DNA from: a virus | Length of the DNA stretch: 64,000 nt | Virus record (IMG/VR): IMGVR_UViG_3300032268_001605 | Span: 32,001 to 96,000 of that record | Strand: one strand, 5' to 3' | Shown: one piece after another, positions 41,672-52,518 of the stretch | How positions within the stretch are numbered: position 1 is the first letter of the stretch | How the letters are laid out: the number at the start of each line of letters is the position of its first letter | Made by a program: the position numbers and the translations under genes | The notes under the pieces: model-generated | Database searches by the model: none | Told to the model about the DNA's origin: nothing | The model's input: the letters and a program-made list of their open reading frames with translations, nothing else

Positions 41672-41729
41672 ATTAAAATTTATGTTTATATTATTATATA
41701 TTAATATTTTTTGTTGGCTTTTTAATTTT

Positions 41730-43379
41730 TTAATAAAAAATCCATTTTTGTGTACCACAATCGAATATTCTATATATTTTTTTACTTGCCATTATTTCTA
41801 ATTCTGTCATTTCGGGATTAGCTCCTTCTCTAACTAGCTTATCTTTTCTGAAATTGAATCTGTGACTTCTAATTCCATCTATTATATAGAAGTAATTTGG
41901 TTCTGAGTTATGTTCTAAATTAAATCCAAGTTTATAATACATATTCCCATTAGATCTAGAATAATCACTATAACTAATAACTTTATTAGGAATATATTTA
42001 TCTAAAAAATACTTAAATAACTTAGAAGCACCACCAACAACTGTTGTATTTAATTTATTACAAAATCTAAGTAATTCATATGTTCCTTCTTCACTCTTTT
42101 GTCCAAGAGATATTCTTAACTGACCAAATGTCATTAAACTAACTAATTCATCTTCATAAAAAAGTCCAATTTTTATTTTCGATCCAACAAATCCTTGAAT
42201 GTGATTAGTTTCTAAAAATTCTCTAATTAATTTATTATCAGATATTTCCTTAATTCTACAATTTCTGGCAAATATTTTATTAGATGTTTTTTTCAATTTA
42301 TTTAGTATAATTGATTTAACTATATCCTTTTTGAACATCCAATCATCTTCCCATATATGAATTAATTCAATATTTTTCTCTTTACATATATTTGTCTTAT
42401 TAAGGTGATATCTTTTCTCTTTATACAGCTCAGAGTGCCAATATAATCCATTGAATTCAAATGCTATTTTTATATCAGGTAAATAAATATCTAACTCAAT
42501 ATTATCCACAATATTTCTTTTATTTTGTAAAATTTCATTATTATAGTTATCTTTTATGAACTCATAGACTTGTAATTCGGATCCGGATTTGCCAACATTG
42601 TTACATATAGTGCATATTGTTGTGTTGTACTTTTTCCGCATATGATACATATGCCCAGTAATTTTAAAATTATTTTTACAGGACTCACATTTAACTATAT
42701 AGAGCCCTTCCTCATAGTCTATTTCTATTATGTCCGGATTTTTATTTATGAAAATATTTTTTTTTGTGATTTTTGAGGATGATATAATTTTATCTCTTAT
42801 AGATGGAATTTGCATACTATAAGCGGAACCATATTTTTCAATCATTTTTTCTAATGATTTATTTCTTAAAAATTCGTTATGAAGTGAATGTGTAGATCCA
42901 TACAAATGAAACATACTTTGTTCCATTTTATCTCTTATTTCTTTTTTTTGAATTGGATAATTAACCCCGTATCTATCAACATTCGTATTAACTATTTTTT
43001 TCTTAAAGTCATCTAATTTATTAAAATGTCCACCATATTTAGACTCACACGTTTCTTTAAACTTTTTCTTAAAATCATCAGTTTTAGAATAGTGATCTAC
43101 TCCCCATTTTTTATTACTTTTATATGGAATTGAACACTTTATACACCTATATTTACCATCATCGGATTTTTGAACTTGTTTATTATACGCGTTATAAAAA
43201 CATTCCTTTTCTATAAAACAAGAATCACAAGAAACTAAAACCCTCAAATTTGAGGATTTTTTTAAGTGTTCGATTGGTATCTTAATAACATCACCAACTG
43301 ATACATCATAGTTAAGAGTTCTATAATAATTCAATGTAGGACATTGAACTTTAATTTCTAATTCCTTTGTTATAATCAT
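41730..43379 (-). CDS. Hef-like free-standing endonuclease with GNAT-like C-terminus
   Basis: ELDIYLP..FEFNGLYWHS, IWEDDW, GGASKL and DCG. Confidence 0.8.
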   Translation of the reverse strand: MIITKELEIKVQCPTLNYYRTLNYDVSVGDVIKIPIEHLKKSSNLRVLVSCDSCFIEKECFYNAYNKQVQKSDDGKYRCIKCSIPYKSNKKWGVDHYSKTDDFKKKFKETCESKYGGHFNKLDDFKKKIVNTNVDRYGVNYPIQKKEIRDKMEQSMFHLYGSTHSLHNEFLRNKSLEKMIEKYGSAYSMQIPSIRDKIISSSKITKKNIFINKNPDIIEIDYEEGLYIVKCESCKNNFKITGHMYHMRKKYNTTICTICNNVGKSGSELQVYEFIKDNYNNEILQNKRNIVDNIELDIYLPDIKIAFEFNGLYWHSELYKEKRYHLNKTNICKEKNIELIHIWEDDWMFKKDIVKSIILNKLKKTSNKIFARNCRIKEISDNKLIREFLETNHIQGFVGSKIKIGLFYEDELVSLMTFGQLRISLGQKSEEGTYELLRFCNKLNTTVVGGASKLFKYFLDKYIPNKVISYSDYSRSNGNMYYKLGFNLEHNSEPNYFYIIDGIRSHRFNFRKDKLVREGANPEMTELEIMASKKIYRIFDCGTQKWIFY

Positions 43380-43405
43380 ATATACTTATATTTTATAAGT
43401 ATATA

Positions 43406-43660
43406 TTAGTTTTTATGTTTGTAGTAATATTTGTCAACTGTATAATTTTTAAAATTTTTTATTATGTTGACATTATCGAAAAACATAGAGACTGGTCTTT
43501 GCAATAAATTCAAAAAACGAAACATTAAATCATTATAAAAAAGATATGGTGAAACTGTTTTATTGAGTATGTTTTTCTCATAATCGACAAAGTCTTTTTC
43601 GTCATCGTGTCTATGCTTCATGAAGTGTAATTCAGGGAGGTCTTTTTCTTCGAAATACAT
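43406..43660 (-). CDS. Small protein, probably baseplate-associated
   Basis: Directly follows the gp6-like gene. Confidence 0.45.
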   Translation of the reverse strand: MYFEEKDLPELHFMKHRHDDEKDFVDYEKNILNKTVSPYLFYNDLMFRFLNLLQRPVSMFFDNVNIIKNFKNYTVDKYYYKHKN

Positions 43661-43663
43661 ATA

Positions 43664-45382
43664 TTATATCTTTTGTTTTTTTGATACATCTACTGTACCT
43701 TTTTTGATTATATTTACAGATTTCAATCCTTTGTCTTCTATGCTATCAGAGTAATAAACATTAGATCTATCGTACCAACCACCCCTAATAACAGGTATTT
43801 CTTGAGCTGTAAAGACAATATCACCTAAAATTGGATCCAAGCCTGGAGTAATTTTTGGATTATAGTTTGGATTTGGCTTGTCTAGTTTGAGAGCTTCCCT
43901 TGTAGCAAATTGATTTCTTTTATTCTCATCTAATGTGATTTGAGCTTTGTGATAATCTTCGTTCTTTTTACTAAGGAAACTAATGTCGACGGAATAAATA
44001 TCAGATATTGAAGAAATTTCTGAAATAATATCACTTTTCGGAACTCTATCCATTCTGTTAAAATTAAGAAAATATTCTGAAATTTTATTGTAAATTTGCG
44101 AGTTTACAGAATTATCTTGAGCATCTGAATAGGTGATGATAAAAATATTTATTATGTAGAATGATAAATTCGGTGAAACAATTTCTACCTTGGATGTCAA
44201 TAAGATATTCCCACCTGTTCTTAGATACTTTAAAATTTTTGATTTCTCATAATTATCCAACTCGAATGCTCTTACATCAATTGAAAAGTAATCAGCATTT
44301 TCGCTTTTGAATAACTTAATATTTGGGGTGGCTGCAACGAATACTGTGCCGTTTTCTGAATAGGCATTTACATGAGAAAATACACCTAATTTCTTGATTT
44401 GGTAAGCAAACTGTTGAGGTAAACCAATAACAAAATTATTACTAGCAATAGGTAAAATATTTTTTGTGAAAGCGGTTGATTCGCTATCGGCACCAAAATT
44501 TATATCATTAAAAAAAGATATATCAAATAAATCAGCCATATCAATCGAGTTACCAAAACCATCGAGGGCATCTTCTACGAAATTCCAATCATTTATTGTT
44601 CTTCTGAAAATAGAACCTGATGAGCCATCACTCACTAGATAATTAACTTCTATTGAAGACCCAACAGTAGGTTTTGCGCCGAACCCACCATTACCAAAAA
44701 TTAAATCTATACCTTTATTGAAACTTGATTTAATAACACAAGCTTTCTCATCCGGTAGGAGTTCGTAAATATGTTTTTTCACAGACCAATACTCACCGTT
44801 GACGAGTACTTCATAGTTGAAGTTTTCTATTTCTCTATTATTTCCCCTGACTGTAATTTGATAAGTTTGGTTTTCGTTTCCGGATCCAGTGAAATTTCTT
44901 CTTTGCCATTCACCTTGTATTATGTCAATTGTAAAACTTGTCATATTTGTTAAATTGTAGGTTATTCTTTCAGAACCTAAATTTATCGAATAGAAAAGCC
45001 CATTCGTTTTATTTTTAAGTAATTGTCTATTTGAAAGTGTGATTCTTCCACCTGGGATATCAGTTCTTATATCAGTAGAGGTTTTTATATTGACTTTGAG
45101 AGTACCGGTGGCACTTATACTCCTTGTTGGGTTATGACCAGCGAAAATTGCCGCATTTCTAATAACTCTGGTGTTGTTTGAATTTGAAGATGATAAGTCG
45201 AATTGGTTTATTGAATTTTTCAAATACAACATAGAAAGTTGAAATAAATTTTCTAAAACCAGCAGTATTTGTCCATAGGGTGAGCTTGTGTCGAAATTGA
45301 CACCAGTTTTAGAAAATTCTTGCCTTAAATATAATTCTATTTGAGCTTTTAAAGTACCAAAACTTATTTCCGTTAAGTTCAT
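43664..45382 (-). CDS. Baseplate wedge subunit (T4 gp6-like)
   Basis: A..AGHNPTRSISA, VLVNGEYW, LIFGNGGFGAKP..GS.IEVNYLVSDG..G and GADSES. Confidence 0.8.
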   Translation of the reverse strand: MNLTEISFGTLKAQIELYLRQEFSKTGVNFDTSSPYGQILLVLENLFQLSMLYLKNSINQFDLSSSNSNNTRVIRNAAIFAGHNPTRSISATGTLKVNIKTSTDIRTDIPGGRITLSNRQLLKNKTNGLFYSINLGSERITYNLTNMTSFTIDIIQGEWQRRNFTGSGNENQTYQITVRGNNREIENFNYEVLVNGEYWSVKKHIYELLPDEKACVIKSSFNKGIDLIFGNGGFGAKPTVGSSIEVNYLVSDGSSGSIFRRTINDWNFVEDALDGFGNSIDMADLFDISFFNDINFGADSESTAFTKNILPIASNNFVIGLPQQFAYQIKKLGVFSHVNAYSENGTVFVAATPNIKLFKSENADYFSIDVRAFELDNYEKSKILKYLRTGGNILLTSKVEIVSPNLSFYIINIFIITYSDAQDNSVNSQIYNKISEYFLNFNRMDRVPKSDIISEISSISDIYSVDISFLSKKNEDYHKAQITLDENKRNQFATREALKLDKPNPNYNPKITPGLDPILGDIVFTAQEIPVIRGGWYDRSNVYYSDSIEDKGLKSVNIIKKGTVDVSKKQKI

Positions 45383-45440
45383 ATTGAAATTTATTTTATT
45401 ATATGATATATATAAAAAAACAAACTTCTTTAAATAAAAA

Positions 45441-45971
45441 TTAGAACATCAAATCATAAATTGACTCAGCGTCAAATTCAGGATCAGTTATTTTTAAATC
45501 ATAATAATTATAATCTTTAAAATCTACTAAATCTGATTTTATTCTTCTTTCTATTGAGTCATTGATATCGTTTCTTCTTAGTAGTCGTTTTGTTCTTATA
45601 TCAATCGGTATATCAAGATAAACAACAAAGCACTTTGATAAATCAGCATCTGAAAGTTGCGAAATTTCAAAAGGTGTCATAATAAATAATTGATTTTTTT
45701 CGAAATTATCAACTGTAACACCATAATTCCAAATTTTATCAAATATTTCAAAAGTCTGATAAAATTTTATTTTGTCTTCACATTTTAAACTCGAAAATTC
45801 TTCCACTTCAATAAAATCATAATCCACACCGTCTGTTTCATTTTGTCTTTTTGGTCTTGTTGTAAACTTTGGTGAATACCTTAAACCCTTTTTAATTAAA
45901 CCTCTCCTCAAGAAATCTTTACCACTACCAGATTGACCGACAATAATTAACTTTTCTGTTTTTTCTGTCAT
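45441..45971 (-). CDS. gmk: Guanylate kinase
   Basis: Motifs GQSGSGKD, TTRPKR.NE.DGVDYDF and YG. Confidence 0.9.
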   Translation of the reverse strand: MTEKTEKLIIVGQSGSGKDFLRRGLIKKGLRYSPKFTTRPKRQNETDGVDYDFIEVEEFSSLKCEDKIKFYQTFEIFDKIWNYGVTVDNFEKNQLFIMTPFEISQLSDADLSKCFVVYLDIPIDIRTKRLLRRNDINDSIERRIKSDLVDFKDYNYYDLKITDPEFDAESIYDLMF

Positions 45972-46078
45972 ATAAAAAACTTTTTTTATTTATATAAGGA
46001 AACTTACAATTAAGTTTTAATTATCATATGATATATGTTCGAATATTTCAAACCAAGTAATGACATCAAACTTTAGAA

Positions 46079-46639
46079 TTATTCCTTGACTTTGGTTACT
46101 TTGTTCAGTTCATCTTTGGAAAATGAATCGAAGCTCATAAGTCTTTTTGGTTTATCAGAACCTTGACCAGCAGTAAAGTCTTGACGTGAAACAAGAGATT
46201 TTAAGTTACTCAACATTTTATTTTTTCGCCTTTTACTGTTACCTTTTCTATTATCAACTGGAATTTTTTGGAAAGCTTTATTCGGACCAGCATTGTATGG
46301 AACACTTACATCACCACTCCCGATTTTACCACCACCAGATGTATAGGCTGGGTCTGATGTAACACCTGCATTATTTGATGGTTGGGCAGCAGTTACAGCA
46401 CCCATTCCACCGAAGGCAGCATTACCATAAGCGACACCACCCCCACCGATTCCTATAGAGGCAGCACCTGAAGAACCTGCTGGTCCACCAGTAGCACTTG
46501 TGTCTTCAAATAATGAAAGGTAATATTCAGATTCACCACAGTCGATTAGAAAGTTTAGTTCTGAGGAGTCTTCATTGTTCATAACCATCTGAGTTCTTAG
46601 ATGATAAAGTTCGTCTAAATTTAAATTTGAGTATTTCAT
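46079..46639 (-). CDS. Gly-rich hypothetical protein (putative head protein)
   Basis: LFEDTSATGG followed by a Gly/Ala-rich region; start MKYSN after a TAATATATA box. Confidence 0.6.
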   Translation of the reverse strand: MKYSNLNLDELYHLRTQMVMNNEDSSELNFLIDCGESEYYLSLFEDTSATGGPAGSSGAASIGIGGGGVAYGNAAFGGMGAVTAAQPSNNAGVTSDPAYTSGGGKIGSGDVSVPYNAGPNKAFQKIPVDNRKGNSKRRKNKMLSNLKSLVSRQDFTAGQGSDKPKRLMSFDSFSKDELNKVTKVKE

Positions 46640-46694
46640 AAATTTATATATTAAAAATTCAATATCAAAAATGTCATTTAGGAATATATATTGC

Positions 46695-47270
46695 ATGATA
46701 AGAAATTTAGAAAACACCAAACTTATAAGGGAATTGAATTATTTGAAATCAGAATATGAATATAAATCAAATTTAATTCAATCCTACAATATTGATTTTT
46801 ATAATTGGATCGAAAAGATTCTCACCCTGAATACAGAGCTGAGAGAAATATACGATAATAAAAAAAGTATTAAATTATCACATAATATACCACCAAACAA
46901 AAGTGATAAATCAATGGAAGAAGAACAACTTACAAATCAGGACTCAAAGCTTAAAGACTTTTATAGAAAAATTGTAAAAGTAACACATCCGGATAAAATA
47001 AATAGTGATAACCTAAACACACTCTATAATGAAGCCAATATGGCTTTTAAAGAAGGTAATAAAATCGATATACTTTTACTCTGTGATAGATTGGGTTTGT
47101 CTTACGAAGTGTCGGATGAAGAAAGAGAGATACTTGGGACTGAAATTAGAGACATTAGAAATAAAATTCTTTACTTGGAATCTTCATATGTTTACCAGTG
47201 GAAACTAACTGAAGATGAGAGTCTAAAAAATAAGGTTGCGCTCAACTACATAAAAAATTTAATTATTTAA
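46695..47270 (+). CDS. J-domain-containing protein
   Basis: LKDFYRKIVKVTHPDK...LYNEANMAF. Confidence 0.7.
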   Translation: MIRNLENTKLIRELNYLKSEYEYKSNLIQSYNIDFYNWIEKILTLNTELREIYDNKKSIKLSHNIPPNKSDKSMEEEQLTNQDSKLKDFYRKIVKVTHPDKINSDNLNTLYNEANMAFKEGNKIDILLLCDRLGLSYEVSDEEREILGTEIRDIRNKILYLESSYVYQWKLTEDESLKNKVALNYIKNLII

Positions 47271-47910
47271 TGTCGAAGGTAAATTTATTATCATTAATAA
47301 ATTTTTCAAATTCTTCTTTCCTAAAATATTTTTTGAAAGTGTCATTTGCCCTATCTAAGTTCTGTAATTCCCATTCATTTTTGTTTGATGATTGATAAAT
47401 ATAACTTTCATCATCGTGTATAATTTCAATTACCTTAGAGGATAATTTGTCATAAAAACTTTTTATATTCCCAGTAATTTTATAAAGTTTAGTATCTTCC
47501 CATTTACCTAGTGTATCATTCCAAGATTGAAATAAGATATAATCTGGATTTTCTAACTCATTAGCTTCAATTCTATAAATCATTAAGAAGCGACAAGGTT
47601 TATTAACAAAAGTTTCTAAATCATCAGTGGACTGTAAAAATGATTTTTTCAACCCTATGCTTGATAAAGAATTTATAAATTCAATATTGTCGGATAATAT
47701 ATCTAAATTTACTTTATTTTTGTATTCGTCTTTTGGTAAATTGAAAGATTGAAATAAATCTGATTCTTCTGCGCCAATTGATTTTAAAATATTTTCATAG
47801 AATAGATTCAAAGATTCATTTAAATCTAAATTTGAAATAGATGTTTCTGGATATTCTACTGTTATTAAGTAAGATTCAAAAAAACTACTAAAATTTTTTA
47901 AGTGCTTCAT
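47263..47910 (-). CDS. Hypothetical protein with MKHLKNFSSFFES leader
   Basis: ORF with leader peptide. Confidence 0.7.
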   Translation of the reverse strand: MKHLKNFSSFFESYLITVEYPETSISNLDLNESLNLFYENILKSIGAEESDLFQSFNLPKDEYKNKVNLDILSDNIEFINSLSSIGLKKSFLQSTDDLETFVNKPCRFLMIYRIEANELENPDYILFQSWNDTLGKWEDTKLYKITGNIKSFYDKLSSKVIEIIHDDESYIYQSSNKNEWELQNLDRANDTFKKYFRKEEFEKFINDNKFTFDIK

Positions 47911-47969
47911 TTTATATTTTCAATTAAAATATTTTAATATATATATTAAAATTAAACAACAGCAATATA

Positions 47970-49391
47970 ATGAAACTTTTCAAAAGCTTTCAACTATTCA
48001 GAGAGTCCTCATTTGTAAATAAAGTACAAGCACAAAATGAAATACAAAAACCTAAAAGTATTTACAAACCTACAAATTTAGTATCAGAAATTTGTGTGTC
48101 TATGATTTTATTGAACAACGAATTCTTAGATAATATTTTAGACAGGGGATTAAAAGCAAGATACTCCGAGAACTCACAAGTTTTTCTTACTGATTTGAAA
48201 AATTTATTGATGGCTAAAAATAGACTTTGTTTAGGTAAACTTGAAAATGATAAATTTGTAGAGGACGTAGAAATCTCAAAAATAAATGGTATATTCGAAG
48301 AGGTTGAGTTTTCTATAGACGAAGATTGGAGTATTTTGAACAGTGCTAGAATCACAGCCAGAAACATTGTAGACAAACTCCTAATGACCGAAAAATTAGA
48401 ATCTGATTTAATTAGAAAGATATATTGGATTGGACCGAATAAAAGTAAAGAGGTTGGCGAAGATATAGTAATCGAAACTGAAGATGGTAAACAATTCGGA
48501 TTCTATCTAAATAAAAATTTAAGCACCACTAAGACTTCTTCATTTCTTACACTAGCTGATGATTTAATCGGAAGCGAGGTAGAACGTTTGTACGGAGAAG
48601 AAATGTTAAAGAAATGGAATAAGCTAGTTCAGAACTGGGTAAGAATTATTTATGATAATTCAAACGAAATGATACAAGCTCAGTTTGAAAAATTTATTCA
48701 ACCGAGTAGATTGGGTGATATCACTTGGTTTGATTACTTTGAAATAAAACATCAAGATCCTAAGTTCAAAAACTTGGGTGAGTATTTCAAAGATTTTGAT
48801 AAAAATATTGTTTACTTCTCTGACTTTTTGGATGAAGTTTGGGATAATAAAGAAAGATATTTCGCATCAGTCGATAAGGCGGTGAAGGAATGGAACGAAA
48901 AGAAGAATTTTCTTTTAAATTCTAAAATTTTGGAACACATCTTGACACAATCAATTCTAAAGACAAATAAATCTGATGTTAAAAAATTGAAAGATGGTAT
49001 GAAATCTGTTTCTGGTAACATCAAGATGAAATTAATTAAAAACATCGTTGAAAAAATGGGTTGTGTTGAGAGGGATATTTATTATTTAGGCAACAAAGGA
49101 AATTCGTTTAATCTACTACCATCAAGGGAATTTTTTAGAGAATTTTACGATTCTATTATTGTTAAATTTGATTATCATGTTAGATTAATAGATTCTGATG
49201 AATTAGAAGATAATAACTTTAAATTCAAAGTTCTTGTTGAGTTAGATGAGAATCCTCTTATTGATTGTATAATAACGGTAAAGTTTACTGGTTCTGAGCT
49301 GAGCAGCAAATTATCCGCTTCTTATAAATTTGAACCAGCTGACAATTTTAATTATTTAGTAACTGAAAAAATGAAAGAATCTGAAAGATGA
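47970..49391 (+). CDS. Hypothetical protein with MKLFKSFQLFRES leader, possible nuclease fold
   Basis: 473 aa; WIG...EDIVI...GFYL segment. Confidence 0.65.
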   Translation: MKLFKSFQLFRESSFVNKVQAQNEIQKPKSIYKPTNLVSEICVSMILLNNEFLDNILDRGLKARYSENSQVFLTDLKNLLMAKNRLCLGKLENDKFVEDVEISKINGIFEEVEFSIDEDWSILNSARITARNIVDKLLMTEKLESDLIRKIYWIGPNKSKEVGEDIVIETEDGKQFGFYLNKNLSTTKTSSFLTLADDLIGSEVERLYGEEMLKKWNKLVQNWVRIIYDNSNEMIQAQFEKFIQPSRLGDITWFDYFEIKHQDPKFKNLGEYFKDFDKNIVYFSDFLDEVWDNKERYFASVDKAVKEWNEKKNFLLNSKILEHILTQSILKTNKSDVKKLKDGMKSVSGNIKMKLIKNIVEKMGCVERDIYYLGNKGNSFNLLPSREFFREFYDSIIVKFDYHVRLIDSDELEDNNFKFKVLVELDENPLIDCIITVKFTGSELSSKLSASYKFEPADNFNYLVTEKMKESER

Positions 49392-49681
49392 AACATTTAA
49401 GACTTTTTGAAAATTTTGGGGAAGAACTTACATTAGATTATCTAAAGGCTAAATTTCCAATCGAGCTTGATACCAAATATTTAGATTTATTTGGCAGAAA
49501 AAGGTATTATATAAATATCGACGGCGATGTCTATTATTATTCTTTCGATGAAAAAGGGAATCCTAGCTATGGTTATAACAGAATAAAGCAAGTGTTACTT
49601 AATATTTTACAATCAGATAATTTAATTACAGATATTGTTTCTGATACACAATTGATAAAACAATATTTGAAATCTATATGA
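49388..49681 (+). CDS. Small protein with MKHLRLFENF leader
   Basis: ATGA overlaps on both sides. Confidence 0.7.
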   Translation: MKHLRLFENFGEELTLDYLKAKFPIELDTKYLDLFGRKRYYINIDGDVYYYSFDEKGNPSYGYNRIKQVLLNILQSDNLITDIVSDTQLIKQYLKSI

Positions 49682-50406
49682 AAAAACAATTTATATGGAT
49701 TCATGGATTGCCTGGATCGGGTAAAAGTTTTTTAGCCAATAAGATAAAATCTGAAAATACGGATTTCGCACTTTTAGATGACATTGCTAATATTAGCCAA
49801 ATTCAAAATCTAATGGAAGATGGTGAAAATATAATACTTACTTCACCATACTTTGAAAGTTATTTATTTATAGGTAATAATTTTTTAAAATTAAATCAGA
49901 TTTTAGAAGGTAACAATGATTATGAATTAACTGAGTATTGGTTCGAAAATAATCCAAAAGCTTGTATTGACAATCTTAAAAATAGACAAGAACATCATAT
50001 CAAATCAGATAGTATCATTGGTGAAATATATACATTTTCAAAAAACTATAATATACCAAAAAATGTTGAGGTAATCCCTGTATATCAAAAAATGAAACAT
50101 CTAAAATACTTTGAAAATTTTGGTACTAACTATGATTATGATATGATTTTGAGAATCTTGAAGAAGACAAACGGTTGGGGTAATGGATGTTCACAATACT
50201 TTGATGATTTCGAAAATGATTCAAATTATTTTAACAATCCTGAAGATAGTAGTCTATACGCAAATCAATTTCATGTTTACTTAACAGATTTACAAAATGG
50301 AAGATTGAGAGGTCAGTTTCATAAAGTACCATCGGGTCTGAGAACAGGTATCTGGAAAATGTCTATACCAGTTTATAAACCAGCTACAATACAAAAATAT
50401 TTATAA
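49678..50406 (+). CDS. P-loop kinase-like domain fused to an MKHLKYFENF-leader domain
   Basis: GLPGSGKS; internal ATG at 50092. Confidence 0.7.
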   Translation: MKKQFIWIHGLPGSGKSFLANKIKSENTDFALLDDIANISQIQNLMEDGENIILTSPYFESYLFIGNNFLKLNQILEGNNDYELTEYWFENNPKACIDNLKNRQEHHIKSDSIIGEIYTFSKNYNIPKNVEVIPVYQKMKHLKYFENFGTNYDYDMILRILKKTNGWGNGCSQYFDDFENDSNYFNNPEDSSLYANQFHVYLTDLQNGRLRGQFHKVPSGLRTGIWKMSIPVYKPATIQKYL

Positions 50407-50408
50407 TT

Positions 50409-51311
50409 ATGAAATACTTATTCACCTTCGAAAATTTTGATTCTCTAAATGAAGAAAGGGGAAGTGCTCAAGCAGTTAAAACAGTAGTGAGGGATATTAT
50501 TTATTTTGTTAAGGATAATGCGTATGGTAGATTCTCACTTCCTTATCACGCATTGACCGATGCTGAAGCCAAAAAGGCGGCAGATCCTAATAGAAAACCA
50601 AAAATGAAAGGTGGTAAATTTCATTATATACCCCCTCGCCCTATTAAAACAAGACTTCAAATGGTGGGTTCAAGCTTTGTTAGGGAAGTTCCGAAAGACG
50701 TAGAAGATGAGAGCGAGTACTATTACGGGATGCCGGATGCTGGATATGAAGACGAGGATGATGACAACACTGAATTACTTTCAACACATAAATATGTTTT
50801 TAATGATTTTCCAGTAAAATTCTCGGTTGAGTTAACAATTCAACATAATAAGAAAATAAAAGGATTTAGAATCAATGCTTCAGCAGGAAGTCATTACAGA
50901 CTAGAAAAGGGGGATAGAGTCGCTTACTATGATATCCAAGTAGAAATACAAAGAAATTTCCAAGAGGACATAAAGCCACACTTATATGAAATGGTTGGTG
51001 AACTCAATATAGATATAGCTCATGAAATGGAACATCTTCTGCAAGAGTATTATGGTGAAGAGTTCGACAGAGATGAAGATGCGACTGGATTTACTTACTA
51101 CACATTGCCAGATGAATTACCAGCACAAGTTGTTGGATTCAAAAGATTATTTGATTTAAAAAGAGTTAGGGACAAATCAGTTAAATTTGAAGATATTGTT
51201 AGACAGTGGTTCATCAAACAACGATATATTTCCAAACTCAGAAGGAATGAAGAGGAGGAAGTCATCAAAAATATTGTTGATGAATTTAAGTCTAAGTTTG
51301 ATCGACTGTAA
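50409..51311 (+). CDS. Zincin-like (HExxH) protein with MKYLFTFENF leader
   Basis: AHEMEHLLQ...YY...ELPA.V.G. Confidence 0.65.
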   Translation: MKYLFTFENFDSLNEERGSAQAVKTVVRDIIYFVKDNAYGRFSLPYHALTDAEAKKAADPNRKPKMKGGKFHYIPPRPIKTRLQMVGSSFVREVPKDVEDESEYYYGMPDAGYEDEDDDNTELLSTHKYVFNDFPVKFSVELTIQHNKKIKGFRINASAGSHYRLEKGDRVAYYDIQVEIQRNFQEDIKPHLYEMVGELNIDIAHEMEHLLQEYYGEEFDRDEDATGFTYYTLPDELPAQVVGFKRLFDLKRVRDKSVKFEDIVRQWFIKQRYISKLRRNEEEEVIKNIVDEFKSKFDRL

Positions 51312-52518
51312 TATTATCAATTTTCTGGATAACCAAATTATAAGCACTCTGTAAATCTTCTAAGTCTTTTTCAGTCTGATTAATTAAGATTGTACCGTTT
51401 GGTAATTTTACCTCATATAGATTGATATAACTATCTTCCACCTCACTAGGTATTTCGATTTCTTGAGTCCTATTGATATCATTCGATAGCTGTGTTAATA
51501 ACTGCTCTGGGTTTATTGAACTATCAGAGTTATTTTTGTAATCACTGACTTTCTTTTTACCATAGTCAACTTTATATGTTTCTAAAAAATCTTTGACTTC
51601 TATTGCATCATCTTCACTATTAGCCCTTACACTTACACCATCTATTACAAATGTTTTATTCTCATCCTTGAAATTTCCCAGTTTTCTAAGTTTACTAGTC
51701 ACTTTTTTAAAAATCTTCTGTTTGTTTGCACCACTTATCAGTTTAATTATGAAATCTAATAATTTTTTTACTAAACTTTCTATTCCAGTTAATTTTGACC
51801 AGATACCTAAAATTATATTCATAAATGAGTTAAAAATTATTGATAGAATCGAAAGATTTTTTGAATCCACGATAAGATTTAGTTTTTCAAAAACTACAGT
51901 ATATGATATAATATTTTTTAATTGAGATACTAAAGATAATAATATATCAACTATTGACATCGTATATGAAATTGCTAAAGGTATATTCCAAGGTGGAGCA
52001 GCTATGATTACGGATATAGCTCCTAAAGATGAACCAGCTTGAATTAGAGATGTAGTTGACTTCTTGACGATTGTTTTAGTCTCTCTTATAAAATTGTAGG
52101 AACCTATCTTTATTTCTTTGATAGTCTTTTTAGCTTCAGATTTCAACTCAACAATTTTATCTTTATAAATATTTTTTATTTGTTTAACTTGTTCTGTCGC
52201 TGCTTGTTTACGCCTTTCTTTTTCGGTATTTAACTGTTCCTTTCTTGCCTTTTTTTCTTCAGGTGTTAAATTCAAATTACTAGATCTCTTTTTTTTAAAC
52301 TCTTCATCAATTTTAGCTATTGATTTACTCAGAGATATATCTTCAGAATCGACTATTAAATCAATTTCTATCGCGGAAAATTTTGGATTTTTTTGCTTTA
52401 AAATTTTCTTTATAACATCATCAACTGGTAGTAAAAAGGGACTTATATCAAATTCACTATTAAATCCGAGTTCTTGTAGTTTTTCTACATTCTTTAGTAG
52501 TTTGGTAAATTCAATCAT
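51292..52518 (-). CDS. Helical hypothetical protein with hydrophobic segments
   Basis: 408-aa ORF. Confidence 0.65.
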   Translation of the reverse strand: MIEFTKLLKNVEKLQELGFNSEFDISPFLLPVDDVIKKILKQKNPKFSAIEIDLIVDSEDISLSKSIAKIDEEFKKKRSSNLNLTPEEKKARKEQLNTEKERRKQAATEQVKQIKNIYKDKIVELKSEAKKTIKEIKIGSYNFIRETKTIVKKSTTSLIQAGSSLGAISVIIAAPPWNIPLAISYTMSIVDILLSLVSQLKNIISYTVVFEKLNLIVDSKNLSILSIIFNSFMNIILGIWSKLTGIESLVKKLLDFIIKLISGANKQKIFKKVTSKLRKLGNFKDENKTFVIDGVSVRANSEDDAIEVKDFLETYKVDYGKKKVSDYKNNSDSSINPEQLLTQLSNDINRTQEIEIPSEVEDSYINLYEVKLPNGTILINQTEKDLEDLQSAYNLVIQKIDNITVDQT

